A DNA stretch of 63,959 nt, the filler included, from Octopus bimaculoides (Eukaryota): the NCBI RefSeq assembly GCF_001194135.2. It is 5 parts of 5 records of this genome, joined end to end, with 100 filler letters (N's around TTAATTAATTAA, not from the genome) between each part and the next. Parts side by side here need not be neighbours in the genome. Positions count along the whole stretch, not along the records: positions 1 to 23,334 come from NC_068999.1; positions 23,435 to 35,811 come from NC_068987.1; 3 more parts are not named here. One strand, 5' to 3'. Every line of letters starts with the position of its first letter. Position 1 is the first letter of the stretch. Under the pieces are notes generated by a model, which had not been told where the DNA came from, made no database searches, and saw only the letters and a program-made list of their open reading frames with translations. Below are positions 13,906 to 25,801 of this stretch, piece after piece. A program made the translations under genes and the position numbers.

Positions 13906-14220
13906 CATTTACGCTGATGTACATCCAATTTAATTTAATTTAATTATTTAATATCTATGGTGTAAGCAGCCCACGATGCTTTAAAAAACATCAGAAGTTC
14001 CATTTAAAGTGTAGATGAACATCTACAAGAAGGCCATGATCAGGGAGAAGATTTCTAGAGGGCCGATGTTTTGAGAAAAATGGATATGGAAAGATGGTGA
14101 TTTCAGGGCTGAGGGTTTTGGTCGCACCAACAGTGACGAGCAGAGATGGGATGCCTGAATGGTGAAGGTACGAGACCAGCCATTTCTGAGAAACAGAGGC
14201 CACAGTAGTAACAAGAGGCA

Positions 14221-14347
<127 letters not shown>

Positions 14348-14446
14348 AGAGCGAGGAGAAATACTATTCGTGGAACAGAAACTGAAGTATGTCTATTCGT
14401 AGTTCAATATCACTTGGTTGAATTGGCCCTTCTCTAGTCCAGGATG

Positions 14447-14828
14447 GGAGGCGCAATGGCCCACTTGTTAGGGCAGCGGATTCGCGGTCATAGGATCGCG
14501 GTTTCGATTCCCAGACCGGGCGTTGTGAGTGTTTATTGAGCGAAAACATCTAAAGCTCCACGAAGCTCCGGCAGGGGGTGGTGACGAACCCTGCTGTACT
14601 CTTTCACCACAACTTTCTCTCACCCTTACTTCCTGTTTCTGTTGTGCCTGTAATTCAAAGGGTCAGCCTTGTCACACTGTGTCACGCTGAATATCCCCGA
14701 GAACTACGTTAAGGGCACACGTGTCTGTGGAGTGCTCAGCCACTTGCGCGTTAATTTCACGAGCAGGCTGTTCCGTTGATCGGATCAACTGGAACCCTCG
14801 ACGTCGTAAGCGACGGAGTGTCAACAAC
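14447..14828 (+). mobile_element. Full-length tRNA-derived SINE, family A, with 11-bp target-site duplication
   Basis: Head ggaggcgcaatggcccacttgttagggcagcgg...ggtttcgattccc (A and B boxes) and a caacaac tail. AGTCCAGGATG is duplicated at 14436-14446 and 14829-14839. Confidence 0.92.
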
Positions 14829-15230
14829 AGTCCAGGATGACAACCTGCGTAGCGGCAGCACTGTCCCTGCTGTGGAAGCAATGTCCTAGTGCAGTCCTTA
14901 TATATCATTAGACACTGCAGTGTTTGTACTTACTATGCAGAATTTGCATCAGATGTATTTTTCATCAGCTATATTGTAGGGAAACAGAATTTTTTTTCAG
15001 GGAATATTTTAGGGACGTCATCTGCAAAAAAAGGACAATATTTAACAACAGCGACAATAACAGAAACAACAACAACAGCAGCAGTAACAACATAATGAGG
15101 GGTGAGCTACTGAGGGTACTTCTATCTGGTTGTTCAATCAACTATAAATAGCAAGTGTTTGTTACTCAAATCATATTCCACAGTCGTGGAAAAAGAGGAC
15201 GAGCGGAGATAAAAAAACCAATATATTTTT

Positions 15231-15329
15231 CAAAGAGACCATTTTGAAGGAGAGGATGTTCAAACGTAGGTAATAAGTTATTTTTTTTATTAAACAGAAA
15301 TTGTCCTGGAACGCTTTGATACCATCTCG
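15231..15329 (+). mobile_element. Isolated 3' end of a mariner (transposase C-terminus, 3' UTR, right TIR, TA)
   Basis: caaagagaccattttgaaggagaggatgttcaaacgtag...gtcctggaacgctttgataccatctcg|ta matches 16870-16934. Confidence 0.85.
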
Positions 15330-15403
15330 TATATGTGTGAATGTGTGTGTGTATGCGCGCGTGTGTGTGTGTGTGCGCGAGTGCATGCGTGTGTGCGTGC
15401 GTG

Positions 15404-15545
15404 TGTACAACGGGCTTTCCCACAGTTTCCGTATACCAAATTCTCTCGCAAGGACATTGGTCGTCCTGGGCCTATAGTAGAAGTCACTTGCCCGAGATGC
15501 TGAGCAGAGGGACCGAAATCGAAACCGCGTGGTTGCAAAACTTCC
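15404..15545 (-). mobile_element. SINE family B 5' half (duplicate of 16988-17125)
   Basis: acaacgggctttcccacagtttccgtataccaaattctc...cacttgcccgagatgc is nearly identical to 16988 onward. Confidence 0.8.
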
Positions 15546-15956
15546 ATCACCATATTCACTACCAACAACAAAGTTACTGCTATTTCACTCATTGGACTGC
15601 AGCCATGCATTGGCATCGCCTTGAAGGGTTTAATCGAAAAAAATCGACTCTAGTATTTATGTTTTTAACGTTGGTAATTATTCTGTCGGTCTCTATTACC
15701 GAACCAATAGGTTGCGGAGATGTAAACAAACCAACATCGGCTGTCAGATGATGTAGTTGGAGGGCAAACACATAAACATACACAATTATATATATCGTTG
15801 CTATTATGCAAAAGTGTCGTAAGTCCAAAACGTTGCTTAGCAAAACCGTTGTACTACCCTTTGACAATTTTTGATATCTTGACATCTAAAGTAGCTGGAG
15901 ATACGATAGCTTGATCAATACTAACTCCTATATATAGATAAATACATACACATATA

Positions 15957-16053
15957 TATCGTTGCTATTATGTTAAACTGCCGTATGTCCAAATTTGGCC
16001 CAATGCATTTTTTTCACTATCTATTTTTACAGTTTAACATAATAGCAACGATA
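15957..16053. mobile_element. 97-bp hairpin MITE with perfect 24-bp TIRs
   Basis: TATCGTTGCTATTATGTTAAACTG (15957-15980) and its exact reverse complement CAGTTTAACATAATAGCAACGATA (16030-16053), in TA-repeat context. A diverged extra left end lies at 15793-15830. Confidence 0.85.
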
Positions 16054-16081
16054 CATATGTCTATGTCTATATCTATATATA

Positions 16082-16934
16082 CGAGCTAATATCAAGAGGT
16101 CCCCGGCCTAGTTCTGTAGTACGCCAACAGATGGCAGCACACAGTTGCCTGCGCAGTAAGAGCTAACACTAACCTTCATGAGGCAGTGTGCCGAGTGACA
16201 TCGCTGTGTTTACTTCGCAAATTGTGAAATCAGTGTTTTTGTGTTTGCGTGTATGCTGTAGTCTGCGATTTTATCATGGACAGAAGCAAAGAGTTGAAAT
16301 TTTGCGTTAAACTTAGGAAGTCTGCTACAGAGACATTGAGCACACTTACGACAACGAGGCAGTGGGTCGTACATAATGTTTCGAGTGGCACGGGCGCCTC
16401 AAAAGCGGAAGAACGTCCCTGCAAGACGATGAGCGATCTGGAAGATCTGCCACGAGCGTCACCGCTGGAAATGTGGTATTGTGCATCGGGAATTCGTCCC
16501 CTAGGGCCAGACCGTTAATCTAGTGTTCTACTGCGACGTTTTTAAGCATTTGAAGGAAAGTAATCGGATCAGTGGAGAGTGAAAAATTGGATCCTTTACG
16601 GCGACAATGCACCGTTACCAAGCTCTCATCACTCGCGAGTTTCTCGCCAAAAACAACATGGTATCGTTTCCACACCTACCCTATTTTCCAGATTTAGCAC
16701 CTGCGGACTTCCATCTCTTTTCCAAGATGAAAAGGCAGCACAAAGGTCACCGATTTAACACCGTTGTCGAGATCCAGAACGAATCGCAGAAAGTCCTTGA
16801 CTCACGGAAAACGACTTCCAGGCTGGATTCCAACAGTGGCAGGAATGCTGGGATCAGTGTATTGCTGCGCAACGAGACCATTTTGAAGGAGATGATGTTA
16901 AAACGTAGTCCAGGAACGTTTTGATACCATCTCG
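16082..16934 (+). mobile_element. Internally deleted mariner (irritans/Hsmar2-like) with both TIRs and TA duplication
   Basis: TA|cgagctaatatcaagaggtccccgg ... gtccaggaacgttttgataccatctcg|TA. Translations give KFCVKLRKSATETL (HTH), YGDNAP, HLPYFPDLAPADFHLFSKMK (YSPDLAP.D motif) and a C-terminal HFEGDDVKT*. The middle of the ORF is missing. Confidence 0.92.
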
Positions 16935-17206
16935 TATGTGTGTGTGTGTATGTGTGTGTTCGTGTGCATGTGTGTGTGTGCGTGTGTACAACGGGCTTTC
17001 CCACAGTTTCCGTATACCAAATTCTCTCACAAGGGCATTGGTCGTCCTGGGTTTATAGCAGAAGATACTTGCCCGAGATGCGGTACAGAAGGACCGAAAT
17101 CGAAACCGCGTGGTTTCAAAACTTCCATCACCATAATTCACTCATCACCACCATCGCCACTACCAACAACAAAGTTACTGTTATTTCACCAAGGGAACGC
17201 TGGCCA

Positions 17207-17227
17207 TCACGTGACATTGTCACGTGA
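17207..17227. promoter_or_regulatory. Palindromic tandem E-box pair (TCACGTGA x2)
   Basis: TCACGTGACATTGTCACGTGA: two CACGTG cores 7 nt apart. Sequence match only; no functional evidence. Confidence 0.25.
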
Positions 17228-17677
17228 AAAGCAAGCGAGCTTGAACAGTACATATTATCAGATTGTCTGTCTGATAATGAAAAGTATTGTGCGTGTTCGT
17301 TCGTTTGTGTGTGTGTGTGTGTGTGTGGTTGAATGAGCGTCTGTGTGTGTGCAGGCGTGTGAGTGTGCGTTACATTTTCAGTTTTATTGAGAAGTTTATC
17401 AAAGTGTGGTTAATAACATTCCCGGCTAAGACAAACGTTTATCAGTATAGCATATACACTGACAAGTTATTACTCATCTATGTTGGTATACTTGGAAGAG
17501 AGGAAATTAATCTATTGATTCATTGATCAATAGATAGTAATTCATGGTTGATTGGAGCCGACATATAATCCGCTTTATATTTAACAAAATAGACTCCACC
17601 ACTCATATTGATGGACTATAAAATAAGATCAGTATGTATTCAGGAACACAAGCACTATATATTAGTATATACATATG

Positions 17678-17895
17678 CGATGGGATACTGAAACATTCTT
17701 GGCTTTGAATAAAAGAAAATACAGGAAAACAAGTTATTTATGATTTTATTCAACATATACCCCTCTCAGATTATTGCATTTATTGCACCGGTCCTTCTGT
17801 TTATCTAACTCCTGTAAAAGAACTCGAATGGTTGGGCCTCCAATCAGGCGTTTCGCGACACTCTTAAAGCCAGGAACTTTTCAAACATCCCCTCA
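17678..17895 (-). mobile_element. About 218-bp mariner-derived MITE
   Basis: Inverted ends cgatgggatactgaaacattcttggcttt and aaagccaggaacttttcaaacatcccctca|ta. The minus strand keeps the mariner C-terminus KDRCNKCNNLRGVYVE*. Confidence 0.8.
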
Positions 17896-17900
17896 TATGT

Positions 17901-18021
17901 AGGCAGAAGCTGGCAGAGTCGGGAGCACAGCGGTCGAAATACTTAGCGGCATTTCGTACGTCTTTACGTTCTGAGTTCAAATTTCATCGAGGTCGACTTT
18001 GCCTTTCAACATTTCGGGGTC
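17901..18021 (+). mobile_element. SINE family C, 3'-truncated
   Basis: ggcagaagctggcagagtcggg...gagttcaaatttcatcgaggtcgactttgcctttcaacatttcggggtc is homologous to the copies at 24965 and 49635. Confidence 0.8.
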
Positions 18022-18869
18022 TAGCATTCTATGAGAGTACATAACTGAATGCGCTTTGCGTTTTAAAAGATGGTAGATTTGGCTGCTGTTTTCAGCAGAA
18101 CATATGGTCGTCTATATCGATGATTCATTCTTAAGGTGCTTAGGTTTAACTAAAAGAGTATCCATCCATCCGTCCATCCATCCGTCCGTCCATCCGTCCA
18201 TCCATCCATCCATCCATCCATCCACCCCACTACCACCACCACCACCACCACCACACACACAGAACGTAGAAACTTGCACTTATTTTTCTTAGATAATGTA
18301 AGAAGTTGTAATGAAGTGAAATATTATCAACATAATATGGAGAAAATTTCAAAATGTTCAAAATAATGTGTGACATAGCTGTGCACCACCAACAGGTTTT
18401 TTATAGCCAATTAACTAGATGGCATCGTCTGAAAAGATCATAAATAATTTAATATACGTTATAATTGTCTTGATGACACGAATACATCATTTCAAAAGAC
18501 AGCCTCCCACAAGACTAAATACTGAAATATGAGGATTTACATATAAAAGTTGGCAGAATGTTGGGCATTAATTCATTGCCACTTATTTTCGTGACAGCTC
18601 TAGTATAGCAGTAACAACAATTACAGCAACGAAAGCGACAACAGCAACATCATCAACAACAACAACAACGACGACGACGACGACAACAACAACAACAACA
18701 ACAAGGACTAGAGTAATCGATAGTTCCTTGTCCAAATGAGGTTTATCCTTCCTGCATTTCTCAAAACTATGGTAGTTCTTTAAGAAAGAAACCTTTTCTG
18801 TCAGAAGGCATTGAACCCTATAGTGCACTCATAAGTTAAACCTCTCTTAAAGCCCTTTCCTCTCCATCG

Positions 18870-19470
18870 AATTTACCACAACACAGACTTACATGCTCAG
18901 TATACAATGACTTCTTGTTAAGAGAATGGCCCTTCTACTTCACTGAAATGAGGCGATCTAAATCTAACGCCTATCCACACCAAACACTTCAGTCTCACGT
19001 TTTCTTTCCTATATTAGTATAAACCCTGATCTTTGGCCCATTCACAAGAGACACAACACTTTCAACAGCTTGACGAACTCTCTTTCTATTGCACTCATTT
19101 ACACCTCCAAAGTGACAGAATCAGCTATCACCTACCACCTTTTAATCACGAGCCTCTCTCTACACAAAAACCATCAGTGGAGCCTCTAATAAACCATATA
19201 TGCTCCCGAAAAATTAGGTGAAAGCAGTGTTCATTTCATCAGCAAAGCTTTCGACCCTGTCCGACACGCAAATTTGGCAAAAATTTCCCATCAAAGAATT
19301 CCATTCTATGCTTGCTTCTTGGTTCGTATCATTGATAGAACTTTCTCTCATTTACATTCGATTAACACTGACGTGTTAGACGGTCCGGGTTTATCCCTCA
19401 TTCTCTTCATATATATCAATCACCTATTTAACATCACCTCAAATATTTCTCATTCCTTACTTCACGAACG
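18870..19470 (+). pseudogene. Degraded non-LTR retrotransposon reverse-transcriptase fragment (CR1/jockey-like)
   Basis: Frameshifted motifs HQW, KLGESSV, ISKAFDPVRH (SKAFD motif) and SHLHSINTDVLDGPGLSLILFIYINHL (degenerate GVPQGSVL.P.LF...INDL). Confidence 0.65.
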
Positions 19471-20084
19471 TTGGTACTCTGAAATCTTCTTGTACAAATA
19501 ATTCCTTTTTGTTTCTTTCTGCAGTCACCGACTTGCTTCTGCTTGTGTGGAAAGTTAACTGCATCGATGTCGCCCGTCTTGGAGGTTCTTCCAAGAACAC
19601 GGGCTCTAACCTTTACACCAGACCAAATCAATACCACAAGAACGACGACGACAAAAACAAAAACAAAAACAACACTGAAAAAGCACCACCACCACCACTA
19701 TGAAGACGGCAGCAGCGGCGGCAGCGGCGGCAGCGGCGGCAGCGGCGGCAGCGGTAGCAGCAACAACAACAACAATAACAACGTGACAATAAAGAATCCT
19801 TCAATCCAATATAGATTTTCTTATAAAAACCTCAAGATCTTTTACCAGTAGCTCAGTCAGAAATACAAGAACATTGCCCATGAAACTTTTTTCAAGATGT
19901 CTGCGACTCCATGCTTTGGTTTATACGCAACAACGAAAATGAATAAGTTAAAAACAAGGCAAAGTCGTCAAAGTGCCGCACTGTAGGATCGAACCCCAAA
20001 CCCAAAACTACATAACTGCGAAGCGATCTTATTAACCACAATGTCATGTTTCCTCTTTAAGAAAAAAGCAATAGCACAATAATG

Positions 20085-20295
20085 ATTTCGAATTTTGGCG
20101 CAAGGCCAGCAATCTTAAGGGAGAGCTAGGTCAATTACATCGAGTTCCAATACATGACTGGTACCTGTTTTGTCGACCTCCAACGGATGAAATGCAAGGC
20201 TGACTCAGCGGAATTTGAACTTAAAACGCAGTGAGTCGAAAGAGATACCGCAAAATATTTTCCCGACATTCTAACAATTCTGCCAGCTCACCACC
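20085..20295 (-). mobile_element. SINE family C
   Basis: The reverse complement gives ggtggtgagctggcagaattgttag...agttcaaattccgctgagtcagccttgcatttcatccgttggaggtcgacaaaacaggtaccag. Confidence 0.8.
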
Positions 20296-20445
20296 TCCAA
20301 TAAGTAAATAAAACAATAACCAGATTCAAATATATAAAAAAAAATAAACATATATAAAAAAAAAAATATATATATATAAATATATATAACAAAAAACATA
20401 TATATATATGAAGAAACATACATATGACTCCTATATAAAAACAAT

Positions 20446-20808
20446 GGGGTAGATGTGGCTGTATGGTAAGAAGCTTGCTTCCCAACCATATAGTTCTAGG
20501 TGTGGCACAATCCTACTGTGTGGCACTTTGCCCAAGTGTCTCCTAATGTAGCCTCGGCCGACCAAAGTCTTGTGAGTGGATTTAGTAAACGGAAACTGAA
20601 AGAAGCCTGTCGTATATATATATGTGTGTGTCTGTGTTTGTCACCCACCACTGCTTAACATCCGGTGTTGGTGTGTTTACACTTCCGTAGCTTAGAGGTT
20701 ATGCAAAAGAGACCGATAAAATAAGCACTAGGCTTTAAAAAATATGTTCTGGGTCGATTTGTTCGATTACAACCCTTCAAGGCGGTGCCTCAGCATGGCC
20801 ATAATCAC
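20446..20808 (+). mobile_element. SINE family B, full length
   Basis: gtggctgtatggtaagaagcttgcttcccaacc...gccgaccaaagtcttgtgagtggatt...TA/TG spacer...aggcggtgcctcagcatggcc. Confidence 0.85.
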
Positions 20809-21028
20809 TTTGAACATTTGTAATGGATTACCTACTTTATTGCTTAAAAAGCGTACTTGATATGGTGCGTAACTTTGCGGCCACCCCGTATAATGCAGAT
20901 CTAGATAGACTATTGTTGAACGAATGAATAAAAAAGAAAGAGGTGATCAGGTATGCAATGTCTTTGATCATCGATTACTGCAGTGCCATGAGTTGACTTG
21001 GGACAAAAAAGCAACAATAACAAAAATA

Positions 21029-21211
21029 GGTGCATGCTGTGAGATAAAGAAACTCGCTTTCAAATTACATGGTTTCGGGTTCAGTCCCACTTGGGCAAGT
21101 ATATTCTACTCAAGCTACAGGCCAGTCCGACCAATCCATTGCGAATGGATTAGGTGAAGAGGAAACTGTGTAGAAAGCCGTCGTGTATACATGTGCATAT
21201 GTCGATGCATT

Positions 21212-21254
<43 letters not shown>

Positions 21255-21465
21255 GACTGTGTTTGTGTTTTTTTTTTCTGATCATCGTTTGACGAATAGC
21301 ATTGGTTTGTTTACGATCAATAACTTAGCGGTTCGACAAAAAGGTCCGATAGAGTAAGTATCAGACTTCAACGTGAGTACTTCAGGCGAACTGGATTTGT
21401 TCGTCAAAGCCATTCAAGGTGGTGCCCCGGCAAGGCCGCAGTCCAGTGACTGGAACAAGTACAAG
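21029..21465 (+). mobile_element. SINE family B, older diverged copy
   Basis: ggtttcgggttcagtcccacttgggcaagt...ggaaactgtgtagaaagccgtcg...(TG)n...cttagcggttcgac...ggccgcagtccagtgactggaacaag. Confidence 0.75.
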
Positions 21466-22164
21466 AAGATGAAAGAGACAGAAGTCACAAACGTTCTTTC
21501 CTGTAACATATTCTCTCTCAGAAATACAAAATGTTTACTATCTCTCCTTCTCCTTCATTCTCTCACGCACACACAGACGCACACACACATAACACACACG
21601 CTCACACACACATACGCATACACACACATGCATAGTAATGATACGAGGAATTTTGCATATTTATATATATTTTGAAGGGAACAATGCCAAAGTAATTAGG
21701 ATTTCTAATAACAATCCGGTACAGCAAAATAAATAAAACCAAAAAGAAAAACAAGAAGAAAAAAAAAGCAATCACATACATATACAAATGCATAGATACA
21801 TACATATACACCTACATAGACATTTAGATACATGCATACATATATAGACAAACACAAATACAGACTGAAAAGTAAAACATAGGCCAGGAAGTAAATATGC
21901 AATAGGTAAAATGTAAATATCGAAATACTAAGAATATTCATTGACATTACTCTGAGTTTCTCGAGTATTGCTCATCAGGTAACTAAAATTAGATACCTGG
22001 TTGTTGACAGTCGCGGAACTCCCTCCTACAACATGTGTGTGTGTGTGTGTGTGTGTGTAAATATACATATATATATACTTGTGTGTATGTATATTATATA
22101 TATGTCTGTATGTGTATATACATATGTGTGTTTGTGTGTATGCGTGCGATTATATATATGTATA

Positions 22165-22195
<31 letters not shown>

Positions 22196-23334
22196 NNNNN
22201 NNNNNNNNNNNNNNNNNNNNNNNNNNNNNNNNNNNNNNNNNNNNNNNNNNNNNNNNNNNNNNNNNNNNNNNNNNNNNNNNNNNNNNNNNNNNNNNNNNNN
22301 NNNNNNNNNNNNNNNNNNNNNNNNNNNNNNNNNNNNNNNNNNNNNNNNNNNNNNNNNNNNNNNNNNNNNNNNNNNNNNNNNNNNNNNNNNNNNNNNNNNN
22401 NNNNNNNNNNNNNNNNNNNNNNNNNNNNNNNNNNNNNNNNNNNNNNNNNNNNNNNNNNNNNNNNNNNNNNNNNNNNNNNNNNNNNNNNNNNNNNNNNNAT
22501 ATTCAAATATATGCACACCCACATACACGAACAAACACACACACATATATGTGTATATATGCATGTATGTATATATGGATATATGAATAATATTGTATAA
22601 ATACATGCATACATATATACACACGTATATGAAGGCGGAATATTTACATGGAATCTGAAGCAGCTGTTTCATGGTTGGATGAACATCCAAGACCTCCTGT
22701 ATCTAGTTGTTCCATATGCATGTATGTATATATGTATTTATGTATGTATGTATGTATGTATGTATGTATGCATTTAAAGTATATAAGATATATATATATA
22801 TCTTCTTAACACCCAGAAACGCATGCAAACGTACATACCGTCAGTCAACACGTTCGCACACACACACATACACACAAGCACACACATACATACACCCACA
22901 CACACACACACAAGCACACACATACATACATCCACACACACACACACACACACACTTACACACACACAAGCAAATACACACACCTACGCACGCGCACTAA
23001 CAAAGAAATTTGCATACGGATACAGAACATCCATACGAATACATACATATATAAGCAATATGCATACACAAATACAATTGCACACGGAGTGCAAGAAAGT
23101 GAAGACGGTTTGCTATCACGTTTGATAGAATATCGTTTCCGATGAAAGTCTCTCATGAATTTAAACGCCATTACCCCCCCCCCAAATGATATGTATCTAA
23201 CTATGCACACTCATATACAGGCACACACACACACACACACACACGGTCGATACATATATACACACATGAATACATACATACATGCGCACACAAACACATA
23301 TATATATATATATTATTATACAAAAATGCTGTTG

Positions 23335-23434
23335 NNNNNNNNNNNNNNNNNNNNNNNNNNNNNNNNNNNNNNNNNNNNTTAATTAATTAANNNNNNNNNN
23401 NNNNNNNNNNNNNNNNNNNNNNNNNNNNNNNNNN
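23335..23434. other. Artificial scaffold-joining pad N44-TTAATTAATTAA-N44
   Basis: Exactly 44 N + 12 bp + 44 N. The linker has stop codons in all six frames. Confidence 0.95.
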
Positions 23435-23663
23435 TATATAGCATATATATGTATAACACACCCACACACACACACACACACACACGCACATATATAACAT
23501 ATATTCTATATATGATATATATATTATTTATACACACGTATATACATGTTCTGGGGTTTGTTTATATAATTTACAAAATGCGATGTATTTGATTTGAAAG
23601 AAATACATTCTTATATAAGTAAATATATCCATCCTCTAATGCATTATATATACACACATATAA

Positions 23664-23701
<38 letters not shown>

Positions 23702-23831
23702 GCCTTAATATACACACACATATATAAACACATAATATAAATTCACAAATATATTTGTATACACACATAGCCCACATAGACACAAATACGTATACATATA
23801 CATATGTATGCACACACGCAGACACCCACCA

Positions 23832-23879
<48 letters not shown>

Positions 23880-24964
23880 TGTGTGTGTGTATGTATAATT
23901 CTTCCTGCGTTTCCGCCCATCTAAGCATTCCACCAACGCTTTAGTTATCTCTGAAACTTTTCATCAATTATCGATTTATCACAGCATCCTTCTTCTCTCC
24001 ATTATGCTATCCCATCCAGTCCCTCAATCACTTCAAACTATACAACAATCCATCAAACTATCCGTTACTCCACCGCCTCAAACTCCTACAACACCGCATC
24101 TAGTGAACCATGCAATCATCTTTTGAAGAACCACTACTAATCTGTTCAGTGAACCATTCATTTCATCTCTGTTCCCACTTGACACGGAGCTACATAACTA
24201 ATCATCCATCCATCCAGCCAGCTGTCCACCCTTCCACCCATCCACCCATCTAATATATACACTCATACATCAACTTCTGCATCTGCCGATCAAAGGCCGA
24301 TTTGCCTCTATCTGCGCACACCTAATTCCTTCCACCCGTCAACCAGGGCATTCATCTTCTCGCAGCTGACAGAAGATAACTATCAAAGCTACCATATAGT
24401 AATGTGCACCTCAATCCCCGAGATGTAGTTACTATATAGTCACTGCGAGAAATAACTGCTAGGTCTCCCTCGAATCACACCCAATCGTCTTTAAAAAGAG
24501 GACGCATGGCTATGATATCAGGTTCGCCCTTCAACTGCAGTGGGCTTTCATCTATACAAGGACCACAACAACATGAACAAGAACAACACAGGTATATGAA
24601 CCTCTCTATCCTTTCCCAATCGTCTACACAACAATCTAGATACTTATCAGCGCTGGGTTACCTAATTAGCAAAATAAACATGTACTTAGGGCATCAAGCG
24701 AAGGAGGGCACCACAGAAATGGTAAATGGTTTACGGTACAAAAGAAATCACATTAAACTTGCTAAAATAAAATTTGAAGTGATTTATATGATCGGAAATA
24801 TACTTTCGAAGTGTTCATGCTGTCTGTCATAATGAGTACCTGTTCAAAGACTTTGCAATTAAAAAAAGTTGAAGAAAACTTTTCAAATATAAAATAGAAG
24901 TATACAAAAATGAACATTATTTTCCATCTTACTGTTAGTTTTGTTTCATTTTGAAAAATGAAAC

Positions 24965-25167
24965 TTTAGCATGCCGGACGGCCGAACGAAACGCTTAGCG
25001 GTATTTCGTCTGTTTCTACGTTCTGAGTTCAAATTCCACCGAGGTCGATTTTGCCTTTTATCCTTTCGGGGTCGATAAATTAAGTACCAGTTGTGTATTG
25101 GGTCGATCTAATCAACTGGCCCCCTCTCCCTAAATTTCGGGCCTTGTGCCTAGAGCAGAAAAAAAGT
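24965..25167 (+). mobile_element. SINE family C
   Basis: gagttcaaattccaccgaggtcgattttgccttttatcctttcggggtcgataaattaagtaccag. The central block resembles the Nin/Deu-type SINE domain as I recall it. Confidence 0.85.
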
Positions 25168-25801
25168 ATATATATGGGCTCATTAAATGTTTTTAAGTGC
25201 TTAGGCCGTCTATGGGTTCAAATCCGGCCTTGATACCAATACATTGCCGATCTTTATCCGTATACATAGATATCCGTCAAACTTTGTACCCCATGGTCAC
25301 TAATACACTCATCTAACAAAAAAAATCCATAATTATTCTTCCACTCAACCAACAAGACAACCCTCCAACAACCTTGCTTCTCCTATGACCATCGAAGAAG
25401 ACATACCTTGAATCACGTAACCACCCCCTCTTCCCAGCCGAGAAAGTATCCTTTGGGCCACCTCTGTATTCGGCCTTTCAGCCAAAACGTAATCACATCG
25501 TAATTATACGGCTACTCGTCCACCAAACCAACGTGACACCTCTCTCAACCACCTACGTTACAATCCATCTAGTCAGCATTTCCCATCACAGAACTCCTCA
25601 TCTACCCAGCTGAAGGGCAGTCCACCAGTTATTCATTCACTCTCCCACCCAATCAACAGGACATCTCTCCATATACCTATGGAGAGATGTCCGACAAAAT
25701 TTGAACTGGAGCATACAGAGCAGGAAATGGCGCAAAGTATCTTGTCCGACGCACCGACGATTCTGAAAATTTGCTGCCTTTTGCATTATTAAAAATAACG
25801 C

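Larger units (their letters stand above)
15581..17125 (-). mobile_element. SINE family B split by nested insertions in its internal microsatellite
   Basis: The 3' half (15581-15780) and 5' half (16988-17125) are in the same orientation and correct order. They are separated by TA/TG repeats that contain a hairpin MITE and a mariner. Confidence 0.7.

Noticed and set aside
14447-14520. tRNA-like sequences (also at 28533, 54938 and 31190-31262)
   Set aside because: These are SINE heads: no complete cloverleaf, and they continue into SINE bodies.
19525-19851. Strong acceptor (tttctttctgcAG) and an ORF containing HHHHH-GSSGGSGGS that resembles a tag and linker
   Set aside because: The His, GS and Asn runs come from adjacent CAC, GGCAGCGGC and AAC simple repeats. 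There is no donor site and no homology.
20864-20891. Lone Tc1/mariner-like terminus (gtaactttgcggccaccccgtata)
   Set aside because: No partner TIR or transposase sequence nearby; too short to delimit an element.
23379-23390. TTAATTAATTAA as a homeodomain site or conserved motif
   Set aside because: It is always centred in exactly 44+44 N, so it is an assembly pad.
23930-25690. C/A-skewed blocks (23930-24400 and 25260-25690) suggestive of an old LINE
   Set aside because: No convincing RT or endonuclease motif could be read.
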